Source: an uncultured archaeon | GTDB taxonomy: Archaea > Altiarchaeota > Altiarchaeia > JAFGQM01 | Assembly (NCBI GenBank): GCA_964592405.1 | Contig: CAZQBY010000016.1 | Coordinates: forward strand, 1 to 18,050 | Direction: 5' to 3' | DNA: 18,050 bases | Made by a program: the position numbers and the translations under genes | Notes under the pieces: generated by a model | What the model was told of the DNA's origin: nothing | The model's input: the letters and a program-made list of their open reading frames with translations, nothing else | The model's database searches: none | In this document: positions 1 through 6,648 of the stretch, piece after piece | Position numbering within the stretch: position 1 is the stretch's first letter | Layout of the letters: every line of letters begins with the position of its first letter

Positions 1-79
1 GGACCACGGAGCCCTTTGGCACCCCTCCCTGGACAAGCTTGTCCAGGCCCTTCACGCCAGTTGAAACACGTTGTGTCAT
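1..79 (-). CDS. KaiC-like (RecA-superfamily, COG0467-type) ATPase, 5' fragment running off the window edge
   Basis: Not in the ORF track. Manual translation from ATG 79..77 gives MTQRVSTGVKGLDKLVQGGVPKGSVV, the typical R(V/I)STGxxGLDxLxxGGxP N-terminus of KaiC/RadA-like ATPases and similar to the start of 757..1470. Its ATG overlaps the HEPN stop (ATGA, 76-79). Confidence 0.85.
   Translation of the reverse strand, partial: MTQRVSTGVKGLDKLVQGGVPKGSVV
28..47. repeat. Perfect 20-bp palindrome CCTGGACAAGCTTGTCCAGG inside the 5' coding region of the second KaiC-like gene
   Basis: The sequence equals its own reverse complement (checked base by base). Confidence 0.9.
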
Positions 80-474
80 TTTGCATCAGTTTTTATTAGT
101 TTTTTGACGCTGTCTATGAAATCCTCCGCATCTGCTAGAATCTTTGATATGTCGCCCTTGCTCGGCTCGAAATCAATCTCATAGTCGCTTCTGATCCTGA
201 GGTTGAGCCCCATGGAAAGCTCCTTAAGCTGCTTGGCGCTGAGCTTGCCCATCCGAATTATACGCTCGCTGAATTTCGCAACAAGGCCCTTATGAGTCTT
301 CGGTGAGATGTCTTCGGTGAGCAGAACCGCCTTGGCCGCATAGTGCATGGCGTAGTAAGCCCTGCTCGCCGCGTCCGGGTATATCTCCTTTTCGAACAGC
401 AGTCTGGCCGCCTTCAGGCTCTTCTCGGCCCGCTTGAGGCAGTCCTTAATCTCTTGCGTAGATTTTTTTTCCAT
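76..474 (-). CDS. HEPN domain protein (COG1895/UPF0332-like), partner of the adjacent MNT
   Basis: Likely start ATG 474 (MEKKSTQEI..., 132 aa). Motifs A(S)RAYYAMHYAAKAVL, PKTHKGL and LRIRSDY. Lies directly downstream of and overlaps an MNT gene. Confidence 0.88.
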   Translation of the reverse strand: MEKKSTQEIKDCLKRAEKSLKAARLLFEKEIYPDAASRAYYAMHYAAKAVLLTEDISPKTHKGLVAKFSERIIRMGKLSAKQLKELSMGLNLRIRSDYEIDFEPSKGDISKILADAEDFIDSVKKLIKTDAK

Positions 475-760
475 GCTTTTTGATTTCCGTAAAAAAATGA
501 GACTCGCGCTCATTGAAATCCCGCTCAGTGTGCACTATCGGCATAGGAAGCTCCGAGGTTTCGAGTATGTAGTCAGCCACTATATCGTTCAGCTTCCTGT
601 CTATCTTAGCCCTCTTCCTGGTCAGCACCAGCAAATCTATGTCGCTGTCCTCGGTGTCCTCGCCCCGGGCCACCGAGCCGTAGAGTATCACCGACGAGAC
701 CTCCGGGAACTTCCTCCCCACATCCTCCGCGAACTTCTTCGCGACCTCGATCCTCATCAT
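446..760 (-). CDS. Minimal nucleotidyltransferase (MNT, pol-beta superfamily), antitoxin-type
   Basis: 104 aa with LYGSVARGEDTEDSDIDLLV (GS-x10-DxD) and C-terminal EIKKHGKKIY; paired with HEPN. Confidence 0.92.
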   Translation of the reverse strand: MMRIEVAKKFAEDVGRKFPEVSSVILYGSVARGEDTEDSDIDLLVLTRKRAKIDRKLNDIVADYILETSELPMPIVHTERDFNERESHFFTEIKKHGKKIYARD

Positions 761-1470
761 TCTATGAACTTTATGCCTCCCCTGCCTATCTCAAACCTGC
801 TTATCCTGTCAATGACCTTCGTCGCCCGCATCTTGGCGACCTCCAGAGTCTTCCAGCACTCGACGCCGTCGGTCTCTCTCCCGAACAGGACAATCCCATC
901 GGCCATCACATCGGTCACGCCATCCCTGCTATACCCCCTGCCGGGCAATTCGGAAACTATGATTGTAGTCATTCCAAGCCCGTCCAGCGACCTCACCAGC
1001 TCGCTGTTCAGCAGCTCCCTGTGCTCTGCCGGCTCGTCAATGGCATATGCCATGAGGGAGTCTATGACCAGCCGCTTACCATCGCACTTCTCCATCCACT
1101 TGGCTATGCTGGCGGTCAGCCTCTCTGCCCGCTTTTCCGGGTCGCGGGGGAGCTTGCACTTTCGGCCAAGCGGATCCTGAAAAGCTATGTCTTCAACCTG
1201 AAATATTTCCAGTTTTTTCTTCCTCAGGGCGCCCTTGAAGCCAAACCCAAGAAGGGTGGCATTCTCTATCACCTTGCCGCGTGTCTCCTCGCTGGCCACG
1301 TAGATGCAGTCCTCACCCTTTTTCAGGCCATCAGCTATGAACTGCATGCAGGCCACCGTCTTGCCGGTCCCGGGCAGGCCCGAATAAAGAATAACATCGC
1401 CCTCTGGGAACCCACCCTCTATGAGCGCGTCCAGATCCTTGATTCCGGATGACACTCTCCTGATGGGCAT
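757..1470 (-). CDS. Single-domain KaiC-like / RAD55-like RecA-superfamily ATPase
   Basis: RVSSGIKDLDALIEGGFP N-terminus, Walker A GLPGTGKT, catalytic SEE, Walker B RLVIDSL, ADGIVLF and KMRAT (K/R finger). Confidence 0.92.
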   Translation of the reverse strand: MPIRRVSSGIKDLDALIEGGFPEGDVILYSGLPGTGKTVACMQFIADGLKKGEDCIYVASEETRGKVIENATLLGFGFKGALRKKKLEIFQVEDIAFQDPLGRKCKLPRDPEKRAERLTASIAKWMEKCDGKRLVIDSLMAYAIDEPAEHRELLNSELVRSLDGLGMTTIIVSELPGRGYSRDGVTDVMADGIVLFGRETDGVECWKTLEVAKMRATKVIDRISRFEIGRGGIKFIE

Positions 1471-1472
1471 TC

Positions 1473-1817
1473 TTAGTATCTTTTTATGCTCTTCTCCCTG
1501 TGGATGAAGTCCCGAAGGGCATCATCTAGACAGTCTTCCAGGGTGTGATGCCGAGAGCCTTTTCTTTTTATAATTAAGTACAATTCCTTAATAAATTCAT
1601 CCGGCACGGGGACAAGGTACCGTCTCCGGTATATACGCCTTGGCCGGCTCACGATTTTCTCTACAAGGCCTATGCTCTCCAGAAACTCAAGGCTCCTCTC
1701 AATAGTTTCCCAGCCCGCATCCAAATCGCTGGCCACCTCGTTTATGGTCTTTGGGCGGTCCAGCGACCTGAGCGCAGCTCTGCAGATCTCGGAATAGTCC
1801 CGTCGCTCCTTTCCCAT
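1473..1817 (-). CDS. Putative DNA-binding regulator: N-terminal winged HTH plus C-terminal ribbon-helix-helix-like segment
   Basis: Likely start ATG 1817 (114 aa); the longer track ORF overlaps the opposite gene. KTINEVASDLDAGWETIERSLEFLESIGLVEK reads as wHTH. YLVPVPDEFIKEL...TLEDCLDDALRDFI follows a strand-helix-helix pattern. Stop is 2 nt before the KaiC start. Confidence 0.7.
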   Translation of the reverse strand: MGKERRDYSEICRAALRSLDRPKTINEVASDLDAGWETIERSLEFLESIGLVEKIVSRPRRIYRRRYLVPVPDEFIKELYLIIKRKGSRHHTLEDCLDDALRDFIHREKSIKRY

Positions 1818-1914
1818 GCTTAGTTTTGCAGTTGGAGATTTAAATACAAACTGTAGTTTTAATATTTTTAGTTGTAAATAAATTATCTCATTTATAAATG
1901 GGAATATATAGAGG
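1818..1914. promoter_or_regulatory. AT-rich divergent promoter region with TATA-like boxes and inverted repeats
   Basis: TTTAAATA at 1839-1846, TTTATAAA at 1891-1898, inverted repeat AAACT-GT-AGTTT at 1848-1859 and palindrome CATTTATAAATG at 1889-1900. Confidence 0.6.
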
Positions 1915-2568
1915 ATGAAATCCCCATATGATGTTTTGAGGACCATCACCTCTTCAAGGCTGAGGCTGGATATTCTGAGGTCGCTGGAATCTCCCATGCG
2001 TCTTTCTGACCTGAGGAGGGTGGTTGACTCAAATGCTCCCAATACATCTGCCAAGGCAAGGGACCTACAAAGGCTCAATTTGATAAAACGGGACAATGGT
2101 GATTATGAAATCACACGCATGGGGGAGCTTGTGAGGAAAAGAGTCCTGATGTTGCTGGACACATTAACGGTTCTGTATGAGCATGGTGATTTCTGGTCAC
2201 GAATCATCGACAGCCTGCCGGATGAGATAATCGAGATGATACATGAGTTCCGAGACGCGCGCCTAATCGCCAACGACCGAAAGAATTTGGAGAGAGTTAA
2301 GCATGAAATAAGTGAGAGGATAAAGCAGGCCAGGGGAATGCTGTTCGTCGTTATGCCTGCCGATTGCAGGGATATGCTGAAGGCTGTTGAGAAAGTCTCC
2401 GGCAGGATGGAGACTAGGCTGGTTACACTGAGAGACAGGCCCGATCTGCACTATGGTCTGGTCGTTGCAGACAATTTTGCCATACTGTTTACGGAGATGC
2501 TTGACATGGCGCTTGTGAAAGATGGCAAAATTGATGCCGGGATGCCCCATCTGGAGGTTATAAAGTAG
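1915..2568 (+). CDS. Winged-helix transcriptional regulator (ArsR-like HTH; archaeal COG4742/DUF1724-like architecture)
   Basis: SRLRLDILRSLESPMRLSDL...LQRLNLIKRDNGDYEITRMGE is a wHTH, followed by HGDFWS...SLPDE, a linker typical of this archaeal family. GAGG precedes the ATG. Confidence 0.72.
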   Translation: MKSPYDVLRTITSSRLRLDILRSLESPMRLSDLRRVVDSNAPNTSAKARDLQRLNLIKRDNGDYEITRMGELVRKRVLMLLDTLTVLYEHGDFWSRIIDSLPDEIIEMIHEFRDARLIANDRKNLERVKHEISERIKQARGMLFVVMPADCRDMLKAVEKVSGRMETRLVTLRDRPDLHYGLVVADNFAILFTEMLDMALVKDGKIDAGMPHLEVIK

Positions 2569-2662
2569 AGTGCAATGGACTTGCAGGACGTCAAGACTCA
2601 TTAGCCCAGTAACCGTCTTGACATAAGGCCGGGCCATCGATGCTGACCCGCTACGAATGAGA

Positions 2663-2736
2663 TGGACCGGCCGGGATTTGAACCCGGGGCCTCTTCCATG
2701 CCAAGGAAGCGATCTACCAGGCTGATCTACCGGCCC
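2663..2736 (-). tRNA. tRNA-Ala (anticodon GGC)
   Basis: Reverse complement folds as GGGCCGG-TA-GATC/GATC D arm-CTTCC TT GGC AT GGAAG-CCGGG TTCAAAT CCCGG-CCGGTCC-A. G3:U70 alanine identity pair present; CCA not encoded. TAAATATA box about 20 nt upstream (2751-2758). Confidence 0.97.
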
Positions 2737-2811
2737 ATACCCAAAAAGCCTATATTTAGGCCATTCCTGCATTAAAACGTTTTTTAGGTGCTAACATTCA
2801 ATAACCAAAAA

Positions 2812-3861
2812 ATGTCAGGAAGGTATGTTTTTACTGCAGTGGTTTTCGTTTTGTGGGCAGTGGGGTTCTATCTGGCCTCGGATTTCAGCGGGTTTGACAT
2901 TATTGGAGAGCTAAGCCATATCAACCCGCTGGGCATCTTTGGTGGTTTTCTGACCTACCTCATGGCTGTTGGGACCGGCATATTTATACTCTACCGGTGC
3001 CTGAGATATGTGGGACTCAGACCACCTGTCATTGGGGTGGCAAAGGCATGGATATTTGGCTCATTTATTGATAATATTGTCCCAACCGTGACTCCCCTCG
3101 GAGAGGCGACCATGGCTTATTTTCTGGAGAGATTCTACAGGATTTCCTATACCAAGTCGCTGGCCGCTATAGGCATGTATGTCTCTTCGTGGGCTCTGTC
3201 CGTGAGTGTATTCTCTGCTCTGGCGGTAATACTCACAGAGTATTTTATTGGCATACCCCATATCTTTCTCATACCAATTGTCATTATGGTGGCTTTGTTT
3301 TCGCTGATAACTGCAGGTTGGTTGCTGTTGCTCACAAAGAAGAGGATGGTGGAAAGAGTGGTATGCAGGATTTTGGGGTTTTATAATCGCATATACAACA
3401 GAATTAAGAGGCGCAAGGTTACATTTGACCAGTCCATCATCAATATGGAATTTGAGAAGTCATACAAATCCCTGGAAGAGCTGATGCGAAACAAACTACA
3501 GATAATGACTTCCGTCCTTTTTTTCATTGTTCCGCAACTGGCCCACGTTTTATGTATATATCTCATAATCTGCGTTGGGTTTGGTATGGACGTTTCCATC
3601 TGGATAGTACTGATTATACACATAGTCGCCTCTGTAGCAGGCCTGATATCCTTTATACCATCCGGGTTTGGTGTTTATGAGGCTGTGGCAAGCGGGGCAC
3701 TGACTATGGGTATTCCGGGAAGCATTGCAGTTGCTGCAATATTGATATACCGGCTGATATTTGTCTGGACAACAAATTTTGTCGGCGGTTTGATCGGAAT
3801 TGTGGAAGGAATAGAAAACCCCGGGAAAGTCGTTGGGACCAATATCCGGATTGCCGAGTAG
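2812..3861 (+). CDS. Lysylphosphatidylglycerol-synthase TM / flippase-like membrane protein (UPF0104)
   Basis: Polytopic membrane protein with F(I)DNIVP..PLGE, FIPSGFGVYE and AAILIYRLI motifs. ATG 2812 preferred to GTG 2788. Confidence 0.85.
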   Translation: MSGRYVFTAVVFVLWAVGFYLASDFSGFDIIGELSHINPLGIFGGFLTYLMAVGTGIFILYRCLRYVGLRPPVIGVAKAWIFGSFIDNIVPTVTPLGEATMAYFLERFYRISYTKSLAAIGMYVSSWALSVSVFSALAVILTEYFIGIPHIFLIPIVIMVALFSLITAGWLLLLTKKRMVERVVCRILGFYNRIYNRIKRRKVTFDQSIINMEFEKSYKSLEELMRNKLQIMTSVLFFIVPQLAHVLCIYLIICVGFGMDVSIWIVLIIHIVASVAGLISFIPSGFGVYEAVASGALTMGIPGSIAVAAILIYRLIFVWTTNFVGGLIGIVEGIENPGKVVGTNIRIAE

Positions 3862-3911
3862 TCTATCTTCTTATAGCCTCATTGTCTAAATAAAGTCCTC
3901 CGGTAAGATGT

Positions 3912-4019
3912 GCCGATGTAGCTCAGTTGGTTAGAGCGCCACGCTCATAAGGGTCGAAAGACAGATGAGCGCTCTGGGCAACGTGGAAGTCCGGGGTTCA
4001 AGTCCCCGCATCGGCACCA
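3912..4019 (+). tRNA. Elongator tRNA-Met (CAT) with a 31-nt intron at position 37/38 (intron 3950..3980); CCA encoded
   Basis: Acceptor GCCGATG/CATCGGC-A-CCA, D arm GCTC/GAGC, anticodon stem CCACG/CGTGG, CAT at 3946-3948, T arm CGGGG TTCAAGT CCCCG. Bulge-helix-bulge: CUCA pairs with UGGG, with 3-nt bulges UA|A and CA|A. Met rather than Ile2 or initiator is inferred from the GCC start and the intron. Confidence 0.93.
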
Positions 4020-4025
4020 TAAATC

Positions 4026-4553
4026 CTACTTAAAGAAAATCTCCAGTGACATTGCGAGGCAGGCCGTGACAAGCCCGAAGACAGCCATCTTGATTCCGGC
4101 CAAAACCATATTTTCTCTGGAGAGCCTTCCAAGATAAACCCCTAAACCAAACAACAAGACCAAGGTGAGGATTATTGATATCATAACTGCCGTGTCCACA
4201 CTCATAAATGCAAAAGGTGCAACAGGCAATACCCCACCAAAGAAGGTTGCTCCGGCATCGGATATGCCGCTGATCCAGATTCTCTTTCTTTCTTTTTTGT
4301 ATATTTTGGTATCTTTGAGCCGGATGTCAGACCCTACCATATCCCTCTCATATATGGCCAGATTAATCATGACACCGGCTCTCTCAGCCATGAGCGCTCC
4401 CAAGAGGTTGGACATAGCATTGGCGATCCCCCCTCCCAGTCCGGCAGCAACTATAACCACTGGATCACCGCTGATTGCGGCACCCAGAATTATGCCAAGA
4501 GTGGAGAGTGAACCATCCACCAGCCCACGGGTTATGTATCTGATGGCAAGCAT
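4026..4553 (-). CDS. VIT1/CCC1 (TIGR00267-like) metal transporter family membrane protein
   Basis: GLVDGSLSTLGIILGA, GIANAMSNLLGALMAERA and GGVLPVAPF motifs; about 5 TM segments. Confidence 0.85.
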   Translation of the reverse strand: MLAIRYITRGLVDGSLSTLGIILGAAISGDPVVIVAAGLGGGIANAMSNLLGALMAERAGVMINLAIYERDMVGSDIRLKDTKIYKKERKRIWISGISDAGATFFGGVLPVAPFAFMSVDTAVMISIILTLVLLFGLGVYLGRLSRENMVLAGIKMAVFGLVTACLAMSLEIFFK

Positions 4554-4554
4554 C

Positions 4555-4842
4555 CTAGTCCTGTGGAGTTTCCACGACCTCGATTATCTCCTTGCCGGCT
4601 ACCACATTGTCAATACTGTGAACCGAACCGCCGTGAGACTGGATAACCCCTTCTATTTCCTTGAACTTTAGGTCTGCGCCCTCAAGAACCAGCTTCAGAT
4701 TTATGACGTTTTTGTCTATCTCACTTACCATGGAATTTGCCCCCTTAACAGCGGCTAGGTCTGCCAGGTCCTGGGTAAGTTTGACAACATCCACTATGTT
4801 CGGAATGACAACATCTAAGACCAGTCTTCTTATTTTTGCCAT
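4555..4842 (-). CDS. DUF211 (MTH889-like, COG1888) protein
   Basis: IRRLVLDV...GGSVHSIDNVVAG signature; stop is 1 nt before the VIT1-like start, a pairing common in archaea. Confidence 0.88.
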   Translation of the reverse strand: MAKIRRLVLDVVIPNIVDVVKLTQDLADLAAVKGANSMVSEIDKNVINLKLVLEGADLKFKEIEGVIQSHGGSVHSIDNVVAGKEIIEVVETPQD

Positions 4843-4873
4843 ATTGGTAAAGTTATGTAATAGCAGATAAATA

Positions 4874-5659
4874 TCAGAAATGTCGTTTTGCTCCGGATTT
4901 TACCCTGCTGTAGCGGCCAAACTCAGTGTTTTGTAACTGTTGGGCCGTGAATACCGGGCCCTCCCTGCATACTCTCATGCCGGTCGGATCCATAACACAT
5001 GAGCCGCAGAGTCCTATACCGCACTTCATATATCTCTCCAGGCTTGCCTGACAGGGAATGCCCCTCTCCAGACATATATCTACCACCTTCTTCATCATCA
5101 ACTCCGGTCCGCAGGTCAGGACCAAATCATATCTGCCTTCTGACAGCACATCCTCCAGCAGATCACAAGCAAAGCAGTGCCGGCCGAAAGAGCCATCGTC
5201 TGTCGTAAAGATGCATCTAATCCTGCTTTTTTCTAATGCCTTTCTGAACACCAGAAGTTCAGCACTGCGTGCCCCATAGATGACTGTGAATTCCCGCCTC
5301 TCTGAGCTTTCTGGCTCTATTAGCGGCATTATCGGAGCAAGGCCTATTCCACCGGCAACAACACAGACTCTTTTGGCACCTCTTGTGTCCCAGCCATTAC
5401 CGTAAGGCCCCCGTATGCCGACCGCATCTCCCTTCTTCAATGAGAACATGGCCTTGGTGAACCTGCCCTTGACGTCATAGGTTATCTCACTAGTCCTGCC
5501 TATTCTGCTCAGCGTGAACGGTTTCTCGCCTATGCCCGGGAGCCAAAGCATGATAAACTGTCCTGCGCGCGCATCTATGGCCTTGTCCAAGACCAAGGTC
5601 TTGATGCCCTCCCCCTTCTGCTGATTGTCCAAGACCCTTACGACTTCTGGCTTATCCAT
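4874..5659 (-). CDS. pyrK: Dihydroorotate dehydrogenase B electron transfer subunit
   Basis: GQFIMLW...EKPFTLS FAD motif, RGPYGNG, VAGGIGLAP, CGPELMM and the [2Fe-2S] motif MKCGIGLCGSC...VCREGPVF. Overlaps the pyrD stop. Confidence 0.95.
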   Translation of the reverse strand: MDKPEVVRVLDNQQKGEGIKTLVLDKAIDARAGQFIMLWLPGIGEKPFTLSRIGRTSEITYDVKGRFTKAMFSLKKGDAVGIRGPYGNGWDTRGAKRVCVVAGGIGLAPIMPLIEPESSERREFTVIYGARSAELLVFRKALEKSRIRCIFTTDDGSFGRHCFACDLLEDVLSEGRYDLVLTCGPELMMKKVVDICLERGIPCQASLERYMKCGIGLCGSCVMDPTGMRVCREGPVFTAQQLQNTEFGRYSRVKSGAKRHF

Positions 5660-6569
5660 GTGCCACCCCGACCATTTCCTCCAGACTTTTGAACCCCTCT
5701 TTCTTCATGAACTGCCGAAGCTCATTCTGAATGAGCTTAAATATCGCAATACCACGATATTTGATGCCCGTGCCTATGCCCACTGCACATGCACCCGCCA
5801 TGATTGCTTCTGCAGCATCCTCGCCGGTGAGCACACCGCCCACCCCCAATACCGGAATCCTGACAGCCTCATAGATGTCATAAACACACCTAACCATTAT
5901 TGGTTTGATGGCCGGTCCGCTCATACCCCCGCATCTGTTTGCCAGAACCGGCTTGCGGGCCTTCAGGTCTATGACCATTCCCGGTCCTACGGTGTTTATG
6001 GCGGTTATCCCGTTGGCACCGGCCTTTTCCACTGCGCGCGCTATGCTTCCTATGTCCGGCACATTTGGACTCAGTTTGACCAGAAGAGGGGTTTTGGTCG
6101 CCTTCCTGACTGCCCTGACAACAGCAGCGGCGTCTTCGCAGTTACTTGCAAACGGATGGCCGAACTCATGCTCAACATTGGGGCAGGAGATGTTGGCCTC
6201 CAGAAGGTCCGCCATTCCGTCCAGCCTGCGCGCCACCTCCACATATTCGGAAACAGTCCGCCCATAGAAAGACGCTATTATAGGCTTTACTGTTTTTCCA
6301 GAGGCTTTCCTGTATGCGCGCAGCTCTTCCAGCGCCTCTTCCACTCCGGCCGTTGGTAACCCAACAGCGTTGAGGTAGCCGCCCTCCACCTCAACAATTA
6401 CCGGTCCGTCATGCCCATCACGAGGGCTCAGACCGATGGACTTCTTTGTTACTGCGCCGGCTCCTGCGCGCGCAATCCGGGCAAGGCTCGCCGCTGTGAC
6501 GCCAAGGATTCCGGAAGCGAGGACGGTTGGGTTGTCTAGCTCGACTCCGCAGAGCTTGGTTGAGAGCAT
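5652..6569 (-). CDS. pyrD: Dihydroorotate dehydrogenase family 1B catalytic subunit
   Basis: NPTVLASG, LNAVGL, catalytic NISCPN, VKLSPN, AINT, GGMSGPAIKP and GVGGV motifs. Confidence 0.96.
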   Translation of the reverse strand: MLSTKLCGVELDNPTVLASGILGVTAASLARIARAGAGAVTKKSIGLSPRDGHDGPVIVEVEGGYLNAVGLPTAGVEEALEELRAYRKASGKTVKPIIASFYGRTVSEYVEVARRLDGMADLLEANISCPNVEHEFGHPFASNCEDAAAVVRAVRKATKTPLLVKLSPNVPDIGSIARAVEKAGANGITAINTVGPGMVIDLKARKPVLANRCGGMSGPAIKPIMVRCVYDIYEAVRIPVLGVGGVLTGEDAAEAIMAGACAVGIGTGIKYRGIAIFKLIQNELRQFMKKEGFKSLEEMVGVAHG

Positions 6570-6648
6570 TTTATATTTTGAGGGTTTGGGAAATAAAACA
6601 GTTTTTATTCACCCTAATCTTTTTTATTTTCCAGCTTACAAACTTACT

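Noticed and set aside
434-1452. Plus-strand ORFs 434..1180 (248 aa) and 1021..1452
   Set aside because: Antisense shadows of the motif-supported MNT and KaiC-like genes; no recognisable motifs.
1-1470. Circadian clock (kaiABC) or RadA/RadB recombinase call
   Set aside because: The complete ATPase is single-domain and lacks the ST phosphosite and the RadA N-terminal domain; no kaiA or kaiB in the window.
1818-2096. N-terminal extension of ORF 1473..2096
   Set aside because: Crosses the AT-rich promoter spacer and overlaps the opposite regulator gene; ATG 1817 gives a coherent protein.
2569-2662. HDV-like (theta) or hammerhead ribozyme, or C/D sRNA, in the tRNA-Ala trailer
   Set aside because: CUAAUGAG and CGAAUGAG resemble ribozyme junction motifs, but I could not build P1/P3/P1.1 or a CUGANGA+GAAA core by hand, and no proper C and D box pair is present. 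Kept only as an unclassified structure.
1-2662. Integrated mobile element downstream of tRNA-Ala
   Set aside because: No integrase, transposase or direct att repeat is visible, and by-eye GC content is not clearly different from pyrD. Cannot be excluded without the left flank.
2263-2772. 169-aa minus-strand ORF
   Set aside because: Runs through tRNA-Ala and antisense to the regulator gene.
6436-6648. 71-aa N-terminal extension of CTP synthase in the ORF track
   Set aside because: Overlaps pyrD on the opposite strand; the conserved PyrG N-terminus begins at ATG 6649.
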